Shown in pieces: positions 38,816-49,700 of a stretch of 64,000 nucleotides of DNA (its first letter is position 1; every line of letters starts with the position of its first letter). Under the pieces are notes generated by a model, which was not told the DNA's origin, did not search any database, and saw only the letters and a program-made list of their open reading frames with translations. The stretch covers positions 4,440 to 68,439 of the forward strand of contig DATIZQ010000008.1 in assembly GCA_035517015.1 (NCBI GenBank), read 5' to 3'. This DNA is from Candidatus Acidiferrum sp. (GTDB lineage: Bacteria > Acidobacteriota > Terriglobia > Acidiferrales > UBA7541). The translations under genes were made by a program, and so were the position numbers.

Positions 38816-39262
38816 GTGCCGGACAGCCGTGAATACCCCGAGCGCCCCGTGGTGGGAGTAGGCGGCGTGGTGATCGCGAATGGCCGCGCCCTATTGATCA
38901 AGCGCGGACACCCGCCGCTCGAAGGCGAATGGTCGATTCCCGGCGGGACCCTGGAGCTGGGGGAGACGCTGCTCGAAGGCGTCCGTCGTGAGCTCGCTGA
39001 AGAAACCGGGATCGAGGTGCAGGTCCTCGATCTGATTGAGGTATTCGAGAGAGTTTTTCGCGACGAGGCAGGCAAGACGCGCTACCACTTCGTGATTCTC
39101 GACTACCTTTGCGAAGCCGTCCGCGGCCACGCTCACGCAGGAAGCGACGTGGTCGATGTCGCGTGGGCTACAAAACCGGAGCTTGCGAAGTATTCTCTCA
39201 CGCCTACCGCAACCAGGGTGATTCGGAAGGCCTTCGAGATGGCCCGAGCGCGCGGCAAGTGA
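38816..39262 (+). CDS. NUDIX hydrolase
   Basis: Nudix box GGTLELGETLLEGVRRELAEETGI. A GTG at 38816 is proposed as the start. The upstream 190 codons of ORF 38243-39262 are antisense to the acidic-tail gene and are rejected. Confidence 0.75.
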   Translation: MPDSREYPERPVVGVGGVVIANGRALLIKRGHPPLEGEWSIPGGTLELGETLLEGVRRELAEETGIEVQVLDLIEVFERVFRDEAGKTRYHFVILDYLCEAVRGHAHAGSDVVDVAWATKPELAKYSLTPTATRVIRKAFEMARARGK

Positions 39263-39283
39263 CGAAAGAAAGTACGCCTTGCT

Positions 39284-40045
39284 TCAGCTCGCGAGGCGCA
39301 GGTACACCTTCTTGTGCAGGACGCTGTCCTCATCGCCGATTAGCAGTCGGCCTATCCACGAGGGTTCGGTCGGAGAAGAAATCAACAGCTTCAGTCCCTG
39401 AGTTCCGGCGGGAACGTCGAAGACGAGCGGGGTCACGAACGATTCGCCGGGACGCAGCGGCTGCGTCAACGGCGTCCAATAGCTGCCTAGCGACGCCTCG
39501 AGGGCGGTTTGAGCTGCACCTGCAACAGCGTATTTGCGACCCTGACCGTCGACCAGCGCAACTTCTCGCGGGGACGGCGTGAGCGGCCCGTTGCCTCGGT
39601 GAGCCGAGATCGTGTGCTCGTCGAAACGAGTGCGCACGTTCACGACGTAGAACGTGCCGCTTGCGGTCTCCTGATTTGCGCCATCGCCCACTTTCTTCGT
39701 TTGCTCGACGCTCACGACGGAATAGGCAAGGTGACAATCGGTTTCGCAGAAATACTTTTCTTCGCCTCGAGCCAGCGTCCATTCATGGCTCGCGGCGGAC
39801 GACGTGACGAGTACAATTCCGTAACCTGTTACAAGCACCAGCCCGACGAGCACGAGCTTCCGCGCCAAACCCCAGCCCCCGAACACCCAACTCGAGATGC
39901 CGGAGGTCCAACGGGAGAGGCGCTCTTCGCCGGTGATCTTGGCAACGATCACCGCGGCGACGGTCGCCGCGAGCACTGCGAACGTTCCCAGAAAAGCAAG
40001 GGCTCCGAAGACAGCCATCATCTGCTTCGCTTGCATTGTCTTCAC
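39284..40045 (-). CDS. Membrane-anchored hypothetical protein (two N-terminal TM helices, beta-rich C-domain)
   Basis: 253 aa. I recognise no catalytic motif. The C-terminal part resembles DUF4352-like beta-sandwich proteins, with low certainty. Confidence 0.5.
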   Translation of the reverse strand: MKTMQAKQMMAVFGALAFLGTFAVLAATVAAVIVAKITGEERLSRWTSGISSWVFGGWGLARKLVLVGLVLVTGYGIVLVTSSAASHEWTLARGEEKYFCETDCHLAYSVVSVEQTKKVGDGANQETASGTFYVVNVRTRFDEHTISAHRGNGPLTPSPREVALVDGQGRKYAVAGAAQTALEASLGSYWTPLTQPLRPGESFVTPLVFDVPAGTQGLKLLISSPTEPSWIGRLLIGDEDSVLHKKVYLRLAS

Positions 40046-40086
40046 CTCCAGGCGGCGAGCCTGCCGGGTGCAGGTTCGACGCGCTC

Positions 40087-40821
40087 CTAGCTGGCCGCGG
40101 CCTCAGGCAGTCGGCCGAAGCGGCGTTCGCGGCCGAGAAAATCGTCCACTGCTTCCGCCAGATCGGCCGCTTCGAATTCCGGCCACATGCGCGGAGTGAA
40201 AAACAGTTCCGCATAGGCGCATTCCCACAGCATGAAATCGCTGAGGCGGCGTTCGCCTCCCGTGCGGATCAGGAGATCCACATCGGGCGTGGGCCCATCG
40301 GCGTATGTCACCTCGCCGAGCCGCTTCGCAAATTCGCGCTCCGAGACTTCCAGGCTCGAGAGCATCCAGCACGCAGCCCTCAGAATGGAATCTCGCGAGG
40401 AGTAGTCCAGCGCGATTCGAAGATCGAGCTTCCGTCCTGCCGCTGTCGTGCGCTCGGCGGATTCGATCGCCGCGACCAGCGAAGGAGGAATCCGGTCGCG
40501 CCGGCCAATCACGCGAATGCGAACGCCTTCCGCCGCGCACTTGGGCGCCTCAGCGCGCAGGAATTCCTCCAGCAGGCTTAGCAGCGAAATGACCTCGCTT
40601 GCCGGGCGATCCCAGTTGTTCGACGAGAACGCATAGAGCGTGAGGACGCCGATGCCAAACGAAGGAGCCGATCGGACGACGCGGCGCACGGCGACCACTC
40701 CGGCGCGATGCCCTTCCGAGCGCGGAAGCCCGCGGGAAGAAGCCCAGCGGCCGTTGCCATCGAGAAGGATGGCGACGTGGAGTTTCGGGTTCGAGATGAC
40801 GCCTAAAGTACTTTTATTCAT
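40087..40821 (-). CDS. uppS: Undecaprenyl diphosphate synthase (cis-isoprenyl transferase)
   Basis: [13 protein letters not shown] and the [15 protein letters not shown] signature. Confidence 0.9.
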   Translation of the reverse strand: MNKSTLGVISNPKLHVAILLDGNGRWASSRGLPRSEGHRAGVVAVRRVVRSAPSFGIGVLTLYAFSSNNWDRPASEVISLLSLLEEFLRAEAPKCAAEGVRIRVIGRRDRIPPSLVAAIESAERTTAAGRKLDLRIALDYSSRDSILRAACWMLSSLEVSEREFAKRLGEVTYADGPTPDVDLLIRTGGERRLSDFMLWECAYAELFFTPRMWPEFEAADLAEAVDDFLGRERRFGRLPEAAAS

Positions 40822-40913
40822 AAAGTATAATCGCGTATCAAAATTCCCTTTCTGGTGCCGCTCAGTTCACCTTCTCGGTGGAATGCTTCTCGGAGCAGGA
40901 CTGCTTCGAGCTT

Positions 40914-41306
40914 TCAGCGCTCGCGCGTGGCCCGGATCAGCGCCTCCATGTGGTCCAGGTACTTCTCGAGCGCGCGCCGGCCCGACGCCGTCAGGCGGTA
41001 TTCCGTCTTCGGCAGCCGGTTGGCGAACGATTTCGTGCATGCGATGTAGCCCGCGTCCTCAAGCTTTCGAGCGTGAACGCTCAGATTGCCGTCGGTAGCT
41101 CCGAGCAGCTCTTTGACCTCGCTAAACGTGAGCGAATCGTTCACGGCAAGCGCACTGATGATCGCCAGCCGCGTGCGCTCGTGGATCAGGCGATCCAGGT
41201 TCGCCGGCGCCGTTTCCGCCGGATTCCCCGCCGACGTGATTCGCTTCGGTTTTTCCTCCCGCTCAACGCGGGCTGCGTTCGATTTAGCCGCCATATTTCC
41301 TCGCAA
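40914..41306 (-). CDS. Winged-helix transcriptional regulator (HTH_34/ArsR-like)
   Basis: LIHERTRLAIISALAVNDSLTFSEVKELLGATDGNLSVHARKLEDAGYI. It overlaps the upstream membrane-protein gene by 23 nt. Confidence 0.7.
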   Translation of the reverse strand: MRGNMAAKSNAARVEREEKPKRITSAGNPAETAPANLDRLIHERTRLAIISALAVNDSLTFSEVKELLGATDGNLSVHARKLEDAGYIACTKSFANRLPKTEYRLTASGRRALEKYLDHMEALIRATRER

Positions 41307-41904
41307 TCACCGCTCCAAAAGCAACGTGCAATCCCCCGAACCCCGCCGCCAGAAACGCATTGCTCCAGCTCGAAGGCGAGAAAAGCGCTACTGCGCCGAG
41401 AACCATGAAGCAGAGTCCCATCAAGGGAACGATCCGGATTGAAAACGCACCGCCGGTCACAACGGCCGTTCCGTACAGAAGGAGCCACATTCCTGCGATC
41501 GCCGCAACCAAGTCCATACGTACGAGCAGAAGCGTCAGCAGGGCGCCGACAAAAATAGGCGGCGCAAAGCTGTAAACAAACCGCCGGCCCGGTCCGGAGA
41601 AGAGAGAGAGTCCCGATTCGCGGGCCTTCGTGAACGTGGTCCAGGACGCGATTCCGATGGCCACGACGGCCTCGACCATCCACACGATGAGCCACCCCAT
41701 CGGCGTTGCTTGCCGCGAGGCGATCGCTGCGGCACCGAACGCGGTGATCCCCATGGCCACACCACCCCATCCAGGCACGGCCGTGAATGACCCGGCACGC
41801 TCCATCGTTTCCCGAATGAAGCGAAGATTGTCTCGGGCGCGGTCATCCAAAGCGACCGGATCGCGTGGGTAGGGGCGAAAGGGCTGCTGACCGGACATGA
41901 GCAC
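41284..41904 (-). CDS. Polytopic membrane protein, unknown function (operon with the wHTH regulator)
   Basis: 206 aa with 5-6 hydrophobic helices after a short cytoplasmic N-terminus. Confidence 0.55.
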   Translation of the reverse strand: MLMSGQQPFRPYPRDPVALDDRARDNLRFIRETMERAGSFTAVPGWGGVAMGITAFGAAAIASRQATPMGWLIVWMVEAVVAIGIASWTTFTKARESGLSLFSGPGRRFVYSFAPPIFVGALLTLLLVRMDLVAAIAGMWLLLYGTAVVTGGAFSIRIVPLMGLCFMVLGAVALFSPSSWSNAFLAAGFGGLHVAFGAVIARKYGG

Positions 41905-42023
41905 AGTCTAGAGCAACGGCCCTTGCGTGTCAAGTACTTTGTGAGGCAAAGTACAACGGCTCCCTTGTGAGTTCGCGCCTCCGGGACTATCCTCGGGGGC
42001 CGACATCATCCAAGGAGAAGAAC

Positions 42024-42563
42024 ATGAAACAGACGATTCTGGCGATTGCGGCTATCATCCTCTCCCCGTTTGCGCTGTTTGCTCAGGGCGCACCGCCGAG
42101 CAAGAATCCGGTTTCCGATGCGGTGCGAAGTCTGGTGGAGCGCGAGTCGAAGAATCTCGTCGCAGCGGCGGACGAGATGCCGGCGGACAAATACAGTTTC
42201 CATCCCACGCCTGACCAGATGACGTTCGGACACTTAGTGGTCCACATGGCCGGTTCCAACAATTTTCTCTGCTCGAAGATTTCCGGCACGCCCGCGCCCA
42301 CCGGCGAGAAACTGAGTGACACCGATCCGAAGGACAAACTCCTCGGCGCGCTGAAGGCTTCGTTCCAGTACTGCACGGAAGCGCTCGCCAAGGTGGACGA
42401 TTCGAACCTCGGCGAGGAACTTACGCTGTTCGGCGGGCGAACGATGACTCGAGCCGCGGCGATGATCGCGTTGACCAACGATTTCGCCGACCACTACAGC
42501 ATGGCAGCCACGTATCTGCGGCTCAACAGTCTGTTGCCGCCCACAGCCCAAAAGAAGAACTAG
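42024..42563 (+). CDS. DinB-family (four-helix bundle, metal-binding) protein with a signal peptide
   Basis: ATG 42024 preceded by AAGGAG. It contains MTFGHLVVHMAGSNNF and a C-terminal DHYSMAATYLR pattern. Confidence 0.65.
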   Translation: MKQTILAIAAIILSPFALFAQGAPPSKNPVSDAVRSLVERESKNLVAAADEMPADKYSFHPTPDQMTFGHLVVHMAGSNNFLCSKISGTPAPTGEKLSDTDPKDKLLGALKASFQYCTEALAKVDDSNLGEELTLFGGRTMTRAAAMIALTNDFADHYSMAATYLRLNSLLPPTAQKKN

Positions 42564-42569
42564 GCTGCG

Positions 42570-43328
42570 CTACCGGACGGACAGCCGCTTCGGGTAGCGG
42601 CCGAGCAGCCAGTTCCAGCGGATATAAATCAGATCTCCGAACATCGTGAGGCTGTCCCGAATCACGTGGACCTTCGTTGCCGGATCGTGCGCCCAACGCA
42701 CCGGCACTTCCACGCTGCGCAGGCCGTGGCGCTTGGCCAGAAACAGCACCTCAGGGTCAAAGCCGAAGCGCTCGATTCGCTGCTGTTCGAACGCGATGCG
42801 CGCCGGCTCGCGCTCGAATGCCTTGAAGCCGCACTGCGTATCGTGAAACGGCAGCCCGGTGAATATCCGCACGAAACAATTAAAGATAATTCCCGCGAAT
42901 TCGCGAAACGGCGATTGGTGCGTCTCGATGAGCGAACGATCGAGAGCACGCGAGCCAATCGCCACCTGGTTCCCCTCTGCGAGAGCGGCGAGCAGCTTCT
43001 GCGACTCTTCGATCGGCGAGGAAAGATCGGCGTCGGTAAACAGCGCGATGCGCCCTCGCGCTTCGAGCATCCCGTGCCGGACGCTGTAGCCCTTTCCGCG
43101 ATTTGTGCCGTTCGGCACCACGCGCACGGACGGCATTTGCCGTGCGCACTCCTCCGCGACCTTGATCGTGCCGTCGGTCGAGCCGTCATCCACGATTATG
43201 ATTTCGACTTCGGGCAGGGCCTGCGTGGCCGCAAAGTAATCGCGAATTCGCGCTAAGGTGCGAGGCAGCCGCTGCTCCTCGTTGTAGGCGGGAACGATGA
43301 TGGAGAGTTCCGGTGCGCGCTCGCTCAT
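42570..43328 (-). CDS. Family 2 glycosyltransferase (dolichyl/polyprenyl-phosphate glycosyltransferase-like)
   Basis: LSIIVPAYNEE, IIIVDDGSTDGT and the FTDADLS (DxD) motif. The start is set at ATG 43328. Confidence 0.8.
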   Translation of the reverse strand: MSERAPELSIIVPAYNEEQRLPRTLARIRDYFAATQALPEVEIIIVDDGSTDGTIKVAEECARQMPSVRVVPNGTNRGKGYSVRHGMLEARGRIALFTDADLSSPIEESQKLLAALAEGNQVAIGSRALDRSLIETHQSPFREFAGIIFNCFVRIFTGLPFHDTQCGFKAFEREPARIAFEQQRIERFGFDPEVLFLAKRHGLRSVEVPVRWAHDPATKVHVIRDSLTMFGDLIYIRWNWLLGRYPKRLSVR

Positions 43329-43348
43329 CCGCGGATGCTTCCTGTGTC

Positions 43349-44023
43349 CTAGCGCCAGCCGTAGTGCCCCAGGAGCGGCACGAAGCGGCAAGCGTACAGC
43401 GACTCCTGCGATATACGACCGCCGCGATTTACAACGCGCAGCAATTCCTGGTGCTCGGCACGGCCCACGGGAATCACAAGGCGCCCGCCGTCCGCAAGTT
43501 GCTCGACGAGTGGGGGCGGCACCGCAGGAGCGCCGGCGGTGACGAGAATCGCGTCGTACGGCGCACCGGAGGGCCATCCGAGAGAGCCATCCCCTTCTTC
43601 GACGCGAACGTTCGCGTAGCCCAGGCGCGCTAGACGTTCGCGCGCCAATTCCGCAAGAACCGATTGAACCTCGACCGCGATCACGTCGCGCGCCAACAGC
43701 GAGAGCACAGCGGCCTGGTATCCGGAGCCCGCCCCGATCTCGAGGACGTGCTCGCCGCCTTCAAGCGACAGCGCTTCGGCCATCGCGGCCACCATGAACG
43801 GCTGCGAAATCGTCTGGCCCTCGCCGATGGGAAGCGGTTCGTCCTCATATGCCGCGGAGACATATTCTGGAGGCACGAAGAGGTGGCGCGGAACGGACTG
43901 CATGGCCTCCAGCACGCGCTGCGAGTGGATGCCCCGATCGCGAATCTGCTGAGCAACCATCTCGCGGCGCTCCCCCTCAAAACTCAGGCTGGTATGCGGA
44001 GCGCGATTGCCGTTATTCCTCAC
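43349..44023 (-). CDS. pcm: Protein-L-isoaspartate O-methyltransferase
   Basis: GQTISQPFMVAAM and the SAM motif LEIGAGSGYQAAVL. Confidence 0.9.
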   Translation of the reverse strand: MRNNGNRAPHTSLSFEGERREMVAQQIRDRGIHSQRVLEAMQSVPRHLFVPPEYVSAAYEDEPLPIGEGQTISQPFMVAAMAEALSLEGGEHVLEIGAGSGYQAAVLSLLARDVIAVEVQSVLAELARERLARLGYANVRVEEGDGSLGWPSGAPYDAILVTAGAPAVPPPLVEQLADGGRLVIPVGRAEHQELLRVVNRGGRISQESLYACRFVPLLGHYGWR

Positions 44024-44166
44024 CGATGCCCCTCAAGGCGTCCTGGGAGAGTCCTCGCTGCGCCGGAGATTGAGTTCAGTTCACGTTGACGCGTGGCCAT
44101 CCCTCGTTGAACCTATCACAGCCGTGTGCGAACCTGCCACCCAAAGGCCAGAGAGAAAACCGAACG

Positions 44167-44195
44167 ATGACGCAGAACGTCAACTTCGCTAGAAT
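44167..44195 (+). promoter_or_regulatory. Possible sigma70-type promoter upstream of the 44239 gene
   Basis: ATGACG, a 17-nt spacer, then TAGAAT (44190-44195). An AAGGAG SD lies just before ATG 44239. Confidence 0.3.
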
Positions 44196-44238
44196 GAAAA
44201 TCTGCGCCCAACGCGCCAGCCCCTAAGGAGAACACGCA

Positions 44239-44913
44239 ATGACATTTAAGACTGCAATGCTAGCTGTGGCGTTCCTCGTTCCCGGCTGGACCATGGCGCA
44301 GACGTCGTCGCAACCTCCACACCAGCCAGGAGTGGCAGCCCCAGCCAAGCCCCAATCGAAACTGGAAACGCTGGGAGATGCGCAGGCTCCGGCGGGACAA
44401 GTCGATCCCGCGAAGGAGAAAGCGATTCGGCAACTGATGGAGTTGACCGGGTCGGCGAAACTCGGCGACAGCATGACCGAGGTGCTCACCTCCCAGGTAA
44501 AGACAGCCGTGGGCCGCAACATGACCCAGGACCGCCTGCAAAAGTTCATGGAGGACTTCAACCAGAAGCTCAGTGCGCGCGCGCCCGCGGGTGCGGTCAC
44601 CAACGCGGAAGTGCCCATCTATGCGCAGCACTTCTCGATGGAGGACCTGCAGGGAATGATTCAATTCTACGAGTCGGCCATCGGTCAGCGGATGGTCAAG
44701 GCGCTTCCGCAGGTGATGCAGGAATCGCAGCAGAAGGGCGCCAACATCGAGCGCGGCGTCGCACTCGACACCCTGAAGGAAATGGCGGGCGACTACCCTG
44801 AGCTGAAAGCGTTCTTGCCCGACGAGCAGAAGCCAACGCTCGCTCCAGGCTCGCAGCCCGCGCCTGCTAAACCTCAGGTGCCGAATCAACCGCCTCAGAA
44901 GCCGCAGCTCTAA
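44239..44913 (+). CDS. Secreted DUF2059-like protein with a Pro/Gln-rich tail
   Basis: Signal peptide MTFKTAMLAVAFLVPGWTMA. The core contains FSMEDLQGMIQFYESAIGQRMVKALP, typical of DUF2059. Confidence 0.6.
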   Translation: MTFKTAMLAVAFLVPGWTMAQTSSQPPHQPGVAAPAKPQSKLETLGDAQAPAGQVDPAKEKAIRQLMELTGSAKLGDSMTEVLTSQVKTAVGRNMTQDRLQKFMEDFNQKLSARAPAGAVTNAEVPIYAQHFSMEDLQGMIQFYESAIGQRMVKALPQVMQESQQKGANIERGVALDTLKEMAGDYPELKAFLPDEQKPTLAPGSQPAPAKPQVPNQPPQKPQL

Positions 44914-44995
44914 CCAGCGCCGCGATTTCGATCCGGATTCAAACGGCCGCAAAAAACAAGCCAGTCTAGGCTGATGCGGCTACAATCCTGTGGCC

Positions 44996-45670
44996 ATGGA
45001 TTGGTCCCCCGTCTGGATCTCGCTGGCGACGAGCGTCACCGCAACGCTCATCACGATGGCAACGGGCCTCGCCGCCGCGGCGTGGCGCGAGCGCCGCACC
45101 GGGGCGACGATGGCCTTCGTCGATGGCGTGCTGCTCCTCCCGCTCGTTCTTCCGCCCACCGTCGTCGGGTTCTTTCTTCTGCTGCTCTTCGGCCGCAATG
45201 GTCCGCTCGGGAAGTTGCTGCTGCGTTTCGGAACGACAGTCGTTTTCTCCTGGCCCGCGACCGTTATCGCGGCGGCGGTCGTTTCGTTTCCGCTGATGTA
45301 CCTCACCGCGCGCGCCGCTCTCGAGCAGGTCGATCCTCACTTCCTTCAGGCCGCGCGGACCCTCGGTGCATCCGAATGGCGCGTGTTCCGCGAAGTGGCG
45401 CTGCCGCTCGCCTGGCCCGGTATTCTTGCGGGAACAATTCTTTCGTTCGCGCGCGCCCTCGGCGAATTCGGCGCCACGCTAATGCTCGCCGGCAACATCC
45501 CCGGCAGGACCGCCACGATCCCCATCGCCATTTACTTTGCGGTTGAGGCGAACGATCTTCAGCGCGCGATCGCCTGGTGCTCCGTCGACGTCGGAATTTC
45601 GTTGGCGCTGCTCGGGGCGCTCTACTATTGGACTCACGCGCGCGGCCCTGCGCGATGGGTGCGGCGCTAA
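44996..45670 (+). CDS. modB: Molybdate ABC transporter permease
   Basis: Five to six TM helices and an EAA-like loop (LQAARTLGASEWRVFREVALPLAWPG). The alternative GTG start at 44990 is in the same frame. Confidence 0.8.
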   Translation: MDWSPVWISLATSVTATLITMATGLAAAAWRERRTGATMAFVDGVLLLPLVLPPTVVGFFLLLLFGRNGPLGKLLLRFGTTVVFSWPATVIAAAVVSFPLMYLTARAALEQVDPHFLQAARTLGASEWRVFREVALPLAWPGILAGTILSFARALGEFGATLMLAGNIPGRTATIPIAIYFAVEANDLQRAIAWCSVDVGISLALLGALYYWTHARGPARWVRR

Positions 45671-45671
45671 C

Positions 45672-46760
45672 GTGACCCTCGAAGTCCAAATCGCGAAGGA
45701 ACTGCCGAATTTCACTCTGGACGTCTCGTTTCACGCGGAAGCCGGTGCGCCTCTCAGCGTCCTCGGACCGTCGGGCTCCGGCAAGACGATGCTCCTGCGA
45801 TGCATTGCGGGGCTCGAACGGCCCGCTCGCGGGCGCATCGCTCTCGACGGCCGCGTCCTGCTCGACTCCGAGCGGAAAATTCGCGTTCCCGCGCGCTTGC
45901 GCCACGTGGGTCTGCTGTTCCAGCACTACGCGCTGTTTCCTCACCGGACGGTCCTCGAGAATCTTGCTTTCGGCGTGAGAAGGCTTGCGCCGGCGGATCG
46001 GGAGCGCCGCATCGCGGGCGTAATCAGCCGCACGCACCTTTCCGGCCTCGAACACCGTTATCCGCGCGAACTTTCCGGGGGTGAACAACAGCGCGTCGCG
46101 CTGGCGCGGGCCCTCGCGATCGAGCCGGAAGCGCTGCTGCTCGATGAGCCGCTTTCGGCGCTCGACACGCATCTGCGAAGCCAAATCGAGGGACAACTGC
46201 AGGAAACGTTCGCCGAGTATCGCCGGCCCACGCTTCTCGTCACCCACAACATGGAGGAGGCGTATCGCCTGTGCGACCGGCTGCTGGTGCTTTCCCGCGG
46301 ACGCATCGCCGCCTGGGGAGCCAAGGAGGATATCTTTCGCAGGCCCCCGACCGCCGAAGTCGCTCGGCTCACAGGCTGCAAGAATCTATCGCGCGCGACG
46401 CCGATTTCCGACGACACGGTGGAGGCCGTCGACTGGGGCTGCCAGCTTCACGTCGCGCGGCGAACCGCTTCTCGCCCCCCCGCATTCGTAGGGATTCGCG
46501 CGCATCACATCGATTTCGCAGAGTCCGCGATTCCCGGCACATCGATGGAAAACGTCGTGCCCTGCTGGCTGGTGCGTTCGTCGGAGACGCCCTTTCGCAT
46601 CACGCTGTTCTTGAAGTTGCACGCGCCTCCGGCGGGCAACTCGACGGAATTTCATCTTCAGGCGGAAGTCTTCAAGGAAAAATGGGAGCGTTTCCGTGAC
46701 CAGCCGATGCCCTGGCACGTTCGGCTCGCGCCCAGCTCGCTCTTCCTGACGCCCGAATAG
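45672..46760 (+). CDS. modC: Molybdate ABC transporter ATP-binding protein with a C-terminal TOBE/Mop-like domain
   Basis: A GTG start 1 nt after the modB stop. Walker A is GPSGSGKT, the signature is LSGGEQQRVALARAL and Walker B is LLLDEP. Confidence 0.8.
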   Translation: MTLEVQIAKELPNFTLDVSFHAEAGAPLSVLGPSGSGKTMLLRCIAGLERPARGRIALDGRVLLDSERKIRVPARLRHVGLLFQHYALFPHRTVLENLAFGVRRLAPADRERRIAGVISRTHLSGLEHRYPRELSGGEQQRVALARALAIEPEALLLDEPLSALDTHLRSQIEGQLQETFAEYRRPTLLVTHNMEEAYRLCDRLLVLSRGRIAAWGAKEDIFRRPPTAEVARLTGCKNLSRATPISDDTVEAVDWGCQLHVARRTASRPPAFVGIRAHHIDFAESAIPGTSMENVVPCWLVRSSETPFRITLFLKLHAPPAGNSTEFHLQAEVFKEKWERFRDQPMPWHVRLAPSSLFLTPE

Positions 46761-46771
46761 CGCGGGAATAG

Positions 46772-49700
46772 CTACTTGACGTGCTTGACCCACTTGATGT
46801 CGAAGCCGTACGTCCCGTTGATGTCGCGCAGGAACTCCACGGAAAGCTCGCGGCTCACGTCATACTGCACCTGGATCAGTTGGTACTGGTTTGTCGTCGC
46901 GGCGTTCGTCGAGTACGTGATCGTCAGGTCGCGCGCCACCTGCTCCTGAATCGTGACGCGCGCCGCCGCGTTCGATTCCGTCGCCGTCCCGGCCACGAAC
47001 GGATCCACGCGGAACTGGCTGATCCCAAACAAGTGCTCGATTCTGCCGCCGATCCCGGTCGAGATCGCCTCCGATAGCAGCGCCGTCGCCCCGTAGTTCT
47101 GCGAGCTCGCCGATTGTTGCCGCAAGCCCGCTTCTTCCCCGGGGCTGCCGAGCGCAAGCAGCGCGATGATGTCGCTGTCCGGCAGCGGCGGATCGGACCG
47201 GTACGTCATCGAGAGGCGGCTCGCGGGTCCCGAGAAGTTGATCGTCACCTGGTACTGCGCGATCGTCGACGTCGCCTCCACGTTCAGCACCGGATCGAGA
47301 CGGAACGGGTTCGCGAAGTTGATGTCGCCGCGTGTGAGATCAAAGTTGTTTCCGCGAAACGCCATCTGCCCGCCGAGCAGGTGCACGTTGCCCAGCAAAA
47401 TCGGGCGGTCCCAGGTGCCGCGAAGGCGAACGTCGCCTTCGATCCCCACCTGTGCGCCGGTCCACTGGATCTGCGCTCCCGGCGCGGTTCGGCCTTCGAT
47501 GTCGAACGAAAGATTGCGCAGAAATGTGGAACCGGAAGGCGGCCCGACGGTCGTCTCCGACGCCGTCGCGAAGAACGACGCCACGTCCACGCCTTGCGCG
47601 AACAGCAGCCGCTGCACCTGGATTCGCCCACTCAGCAGCGCCGCCGTGCTCGATCCCGATAGTTGCAGGCTGCCGCCTGCCAGCCAGCTCATGCCGACGG
47701 GATATCGAATCCGAACCAGTGGAGTCGACACATTCACCTCGTAGCGAGGTCCCCCTTCGCCATACACGACGTTGCCACTCAGCGTCAGTTGCCCGCCACC
47801 TGATTCCGCCGTAAGCCGGTCGAACAGCAACCGGCTCTCGTCGAAAACGATATCGCCGTTCACTTTGCTCAGCCCGACCGGAAAATCCGCGTAGCTCGCC
47901 GACGCATCGTGAACGCTGGCTCGCCCCGTAATGCGCGGCCGCGACATCGTGCCGCCAACCGAAACATTTGCCTTCGCCTGCCCCTGAGTCTCAAAGTCAG
48001 GCAGGAACCCCGCGAGCAACCGCAGATCGAGGACACCTTGGACGGCCAGGCGCAGCGGCCGGTCGCGATCGAAGCGCGCCGAGCCGCTCACCTGCAGGTC
48101 AGTGTCGGGACCATGGAGATGAGCCTGGTCGATGCGAACCTCGTTGCGGTGATATGTCAGGCGAATGTCCTGATCGTTCGTCAGCCGGACAAGCTCGTAA
48201 TCGAACGAGATCCGCGTGACGTCTGCAACGACCTCGATGGAATCCGGCTGGCGCAGTGCGCCCGAAATGGTGAAGACGCCGTCGGCGCTGCTGTGCTTCG
48301 TGATCTGCTTCAGGTGAAGCCCCGCGACGATGAACGGGTCCAGATCGAACTGCTCGAGTGACAGCTTGCCGGAAATCGGCTGGTCGTCCCCCAGGCCGAT
48401 GGTGGCTTGCCCGTGAAGTTTCGCCTGGGCGGATTCCGAATCGATCGACACGTTCGCGTTGCGGCCATCCGATACAAGCTGTCCGTGAAAGTCGCCTTCC
48501 ACGTCCGTGCCCAGCCGCAGCTTCAGGACGTGCAAGTCGCCCTGCCCGGCCGGCGCTCGCAGCGGGCCGCTGCCTCGCAGATCGAAATTTAGCTCGCCGC
48601 CGATGGGAATCGACGCGCTCTGGATCGAGCCGATTCTCTCCAGCGCGATTCCGGTACCGCTGACGTTGAATTCCGCGGTTTGCTCGCCGGGATGATAAGT
48701 CACCTCGCCGGTGATCCGGCCCGTGTCGCGCCGCAGGTCTGCGTTCGACAATCGCACTTCGTCGTGCGCCAGGTGAAGGTTGCCGGTCAACCGGTCAAAG
48801 TGCATCCCTTTTGCGTCGATATTTTCAAAAACGAAGTCGCCATCCATCACCGGGGACGCGCGCGTCCCTCCGCCGTGGAACGTCCCGGTCAGCAAGCCGC
48901 TCACCGGATAGTCCATTTCGAAAATCTTCTGCAGGTCCTCGGTCGGAGAGTGATCCAGCCGCGCTTCGAGTGACCACGTGCTGCTTGGCAAGAAGCTCCA
49001 GGCGCCGTCGAGATGAAGCACAAGGTCCATGGTTGCGGACGTGCGTCCCCGCCGTACGTCCGTGTTCGTCAACCGAAAATCGTCCGGCGAGTATTCCAGG
49101 TCGCCGTTGATTGTGTCCCAGTACAGTTTGTCGTACGTGGCGTTTGCCGCCTGCATATGCCCGGTAAACGTCGGACCTCCGAGCGGGCCCAGAATGCGCC
49201 CGCGCCAGTCCACCCTCCCTCCGATGGGCAAAGCCTCGCTCTCGGGGCCGCGCAGGATGTTGATGAAATCATCCCAATCGTGAAGATCGTCCGTGTGAAG
49301 TTTGAGTTCGAGGCCCGAATCGGCCGCTCCCAACGGGCCGTAAAAGGAGAGCTGCGTCTTCGGCATCGAGATTTCGCCCCCCTCCCGAATTTCGACCGCG
49401 CGGCGGTCCGTCGAATAGTCGTAGTCGATCTTCGCCGAAGCCGGAATCATCCCCGGCGCAAGAGTCGGCGGCGGCGACCAGCGCGTTTCGCCTTTCGTTT
49501 CGAAATGCTTGAAGTTCTTCGACCACGTATTCACGGAGTCGACGTCCACCAATCCGTCCCAGTGCAGCGTCCGAACTGGAAATCCCGGATTGTCGAGGGC
49601 CGCGAGCACTCCTGATAGGCTGGCTCCGCGAAGTTGCGTCTCCGTCCGGAACGCGAGCGTCTGAAGGTCCATGTCCAGCTTGCCACTGAGGAAGCCGCCG

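Noticed and set aside
44914-44995. Moco riboswitch upstream of modB
   Set aside because: The gap is only about 80 nt and lacks the conserved Moco-motif elements I know.
45303-46247. 314-aa minus-strand ORF
   Set aside because: It is antisense to modB/modC, which carry Walker and signature motifs.
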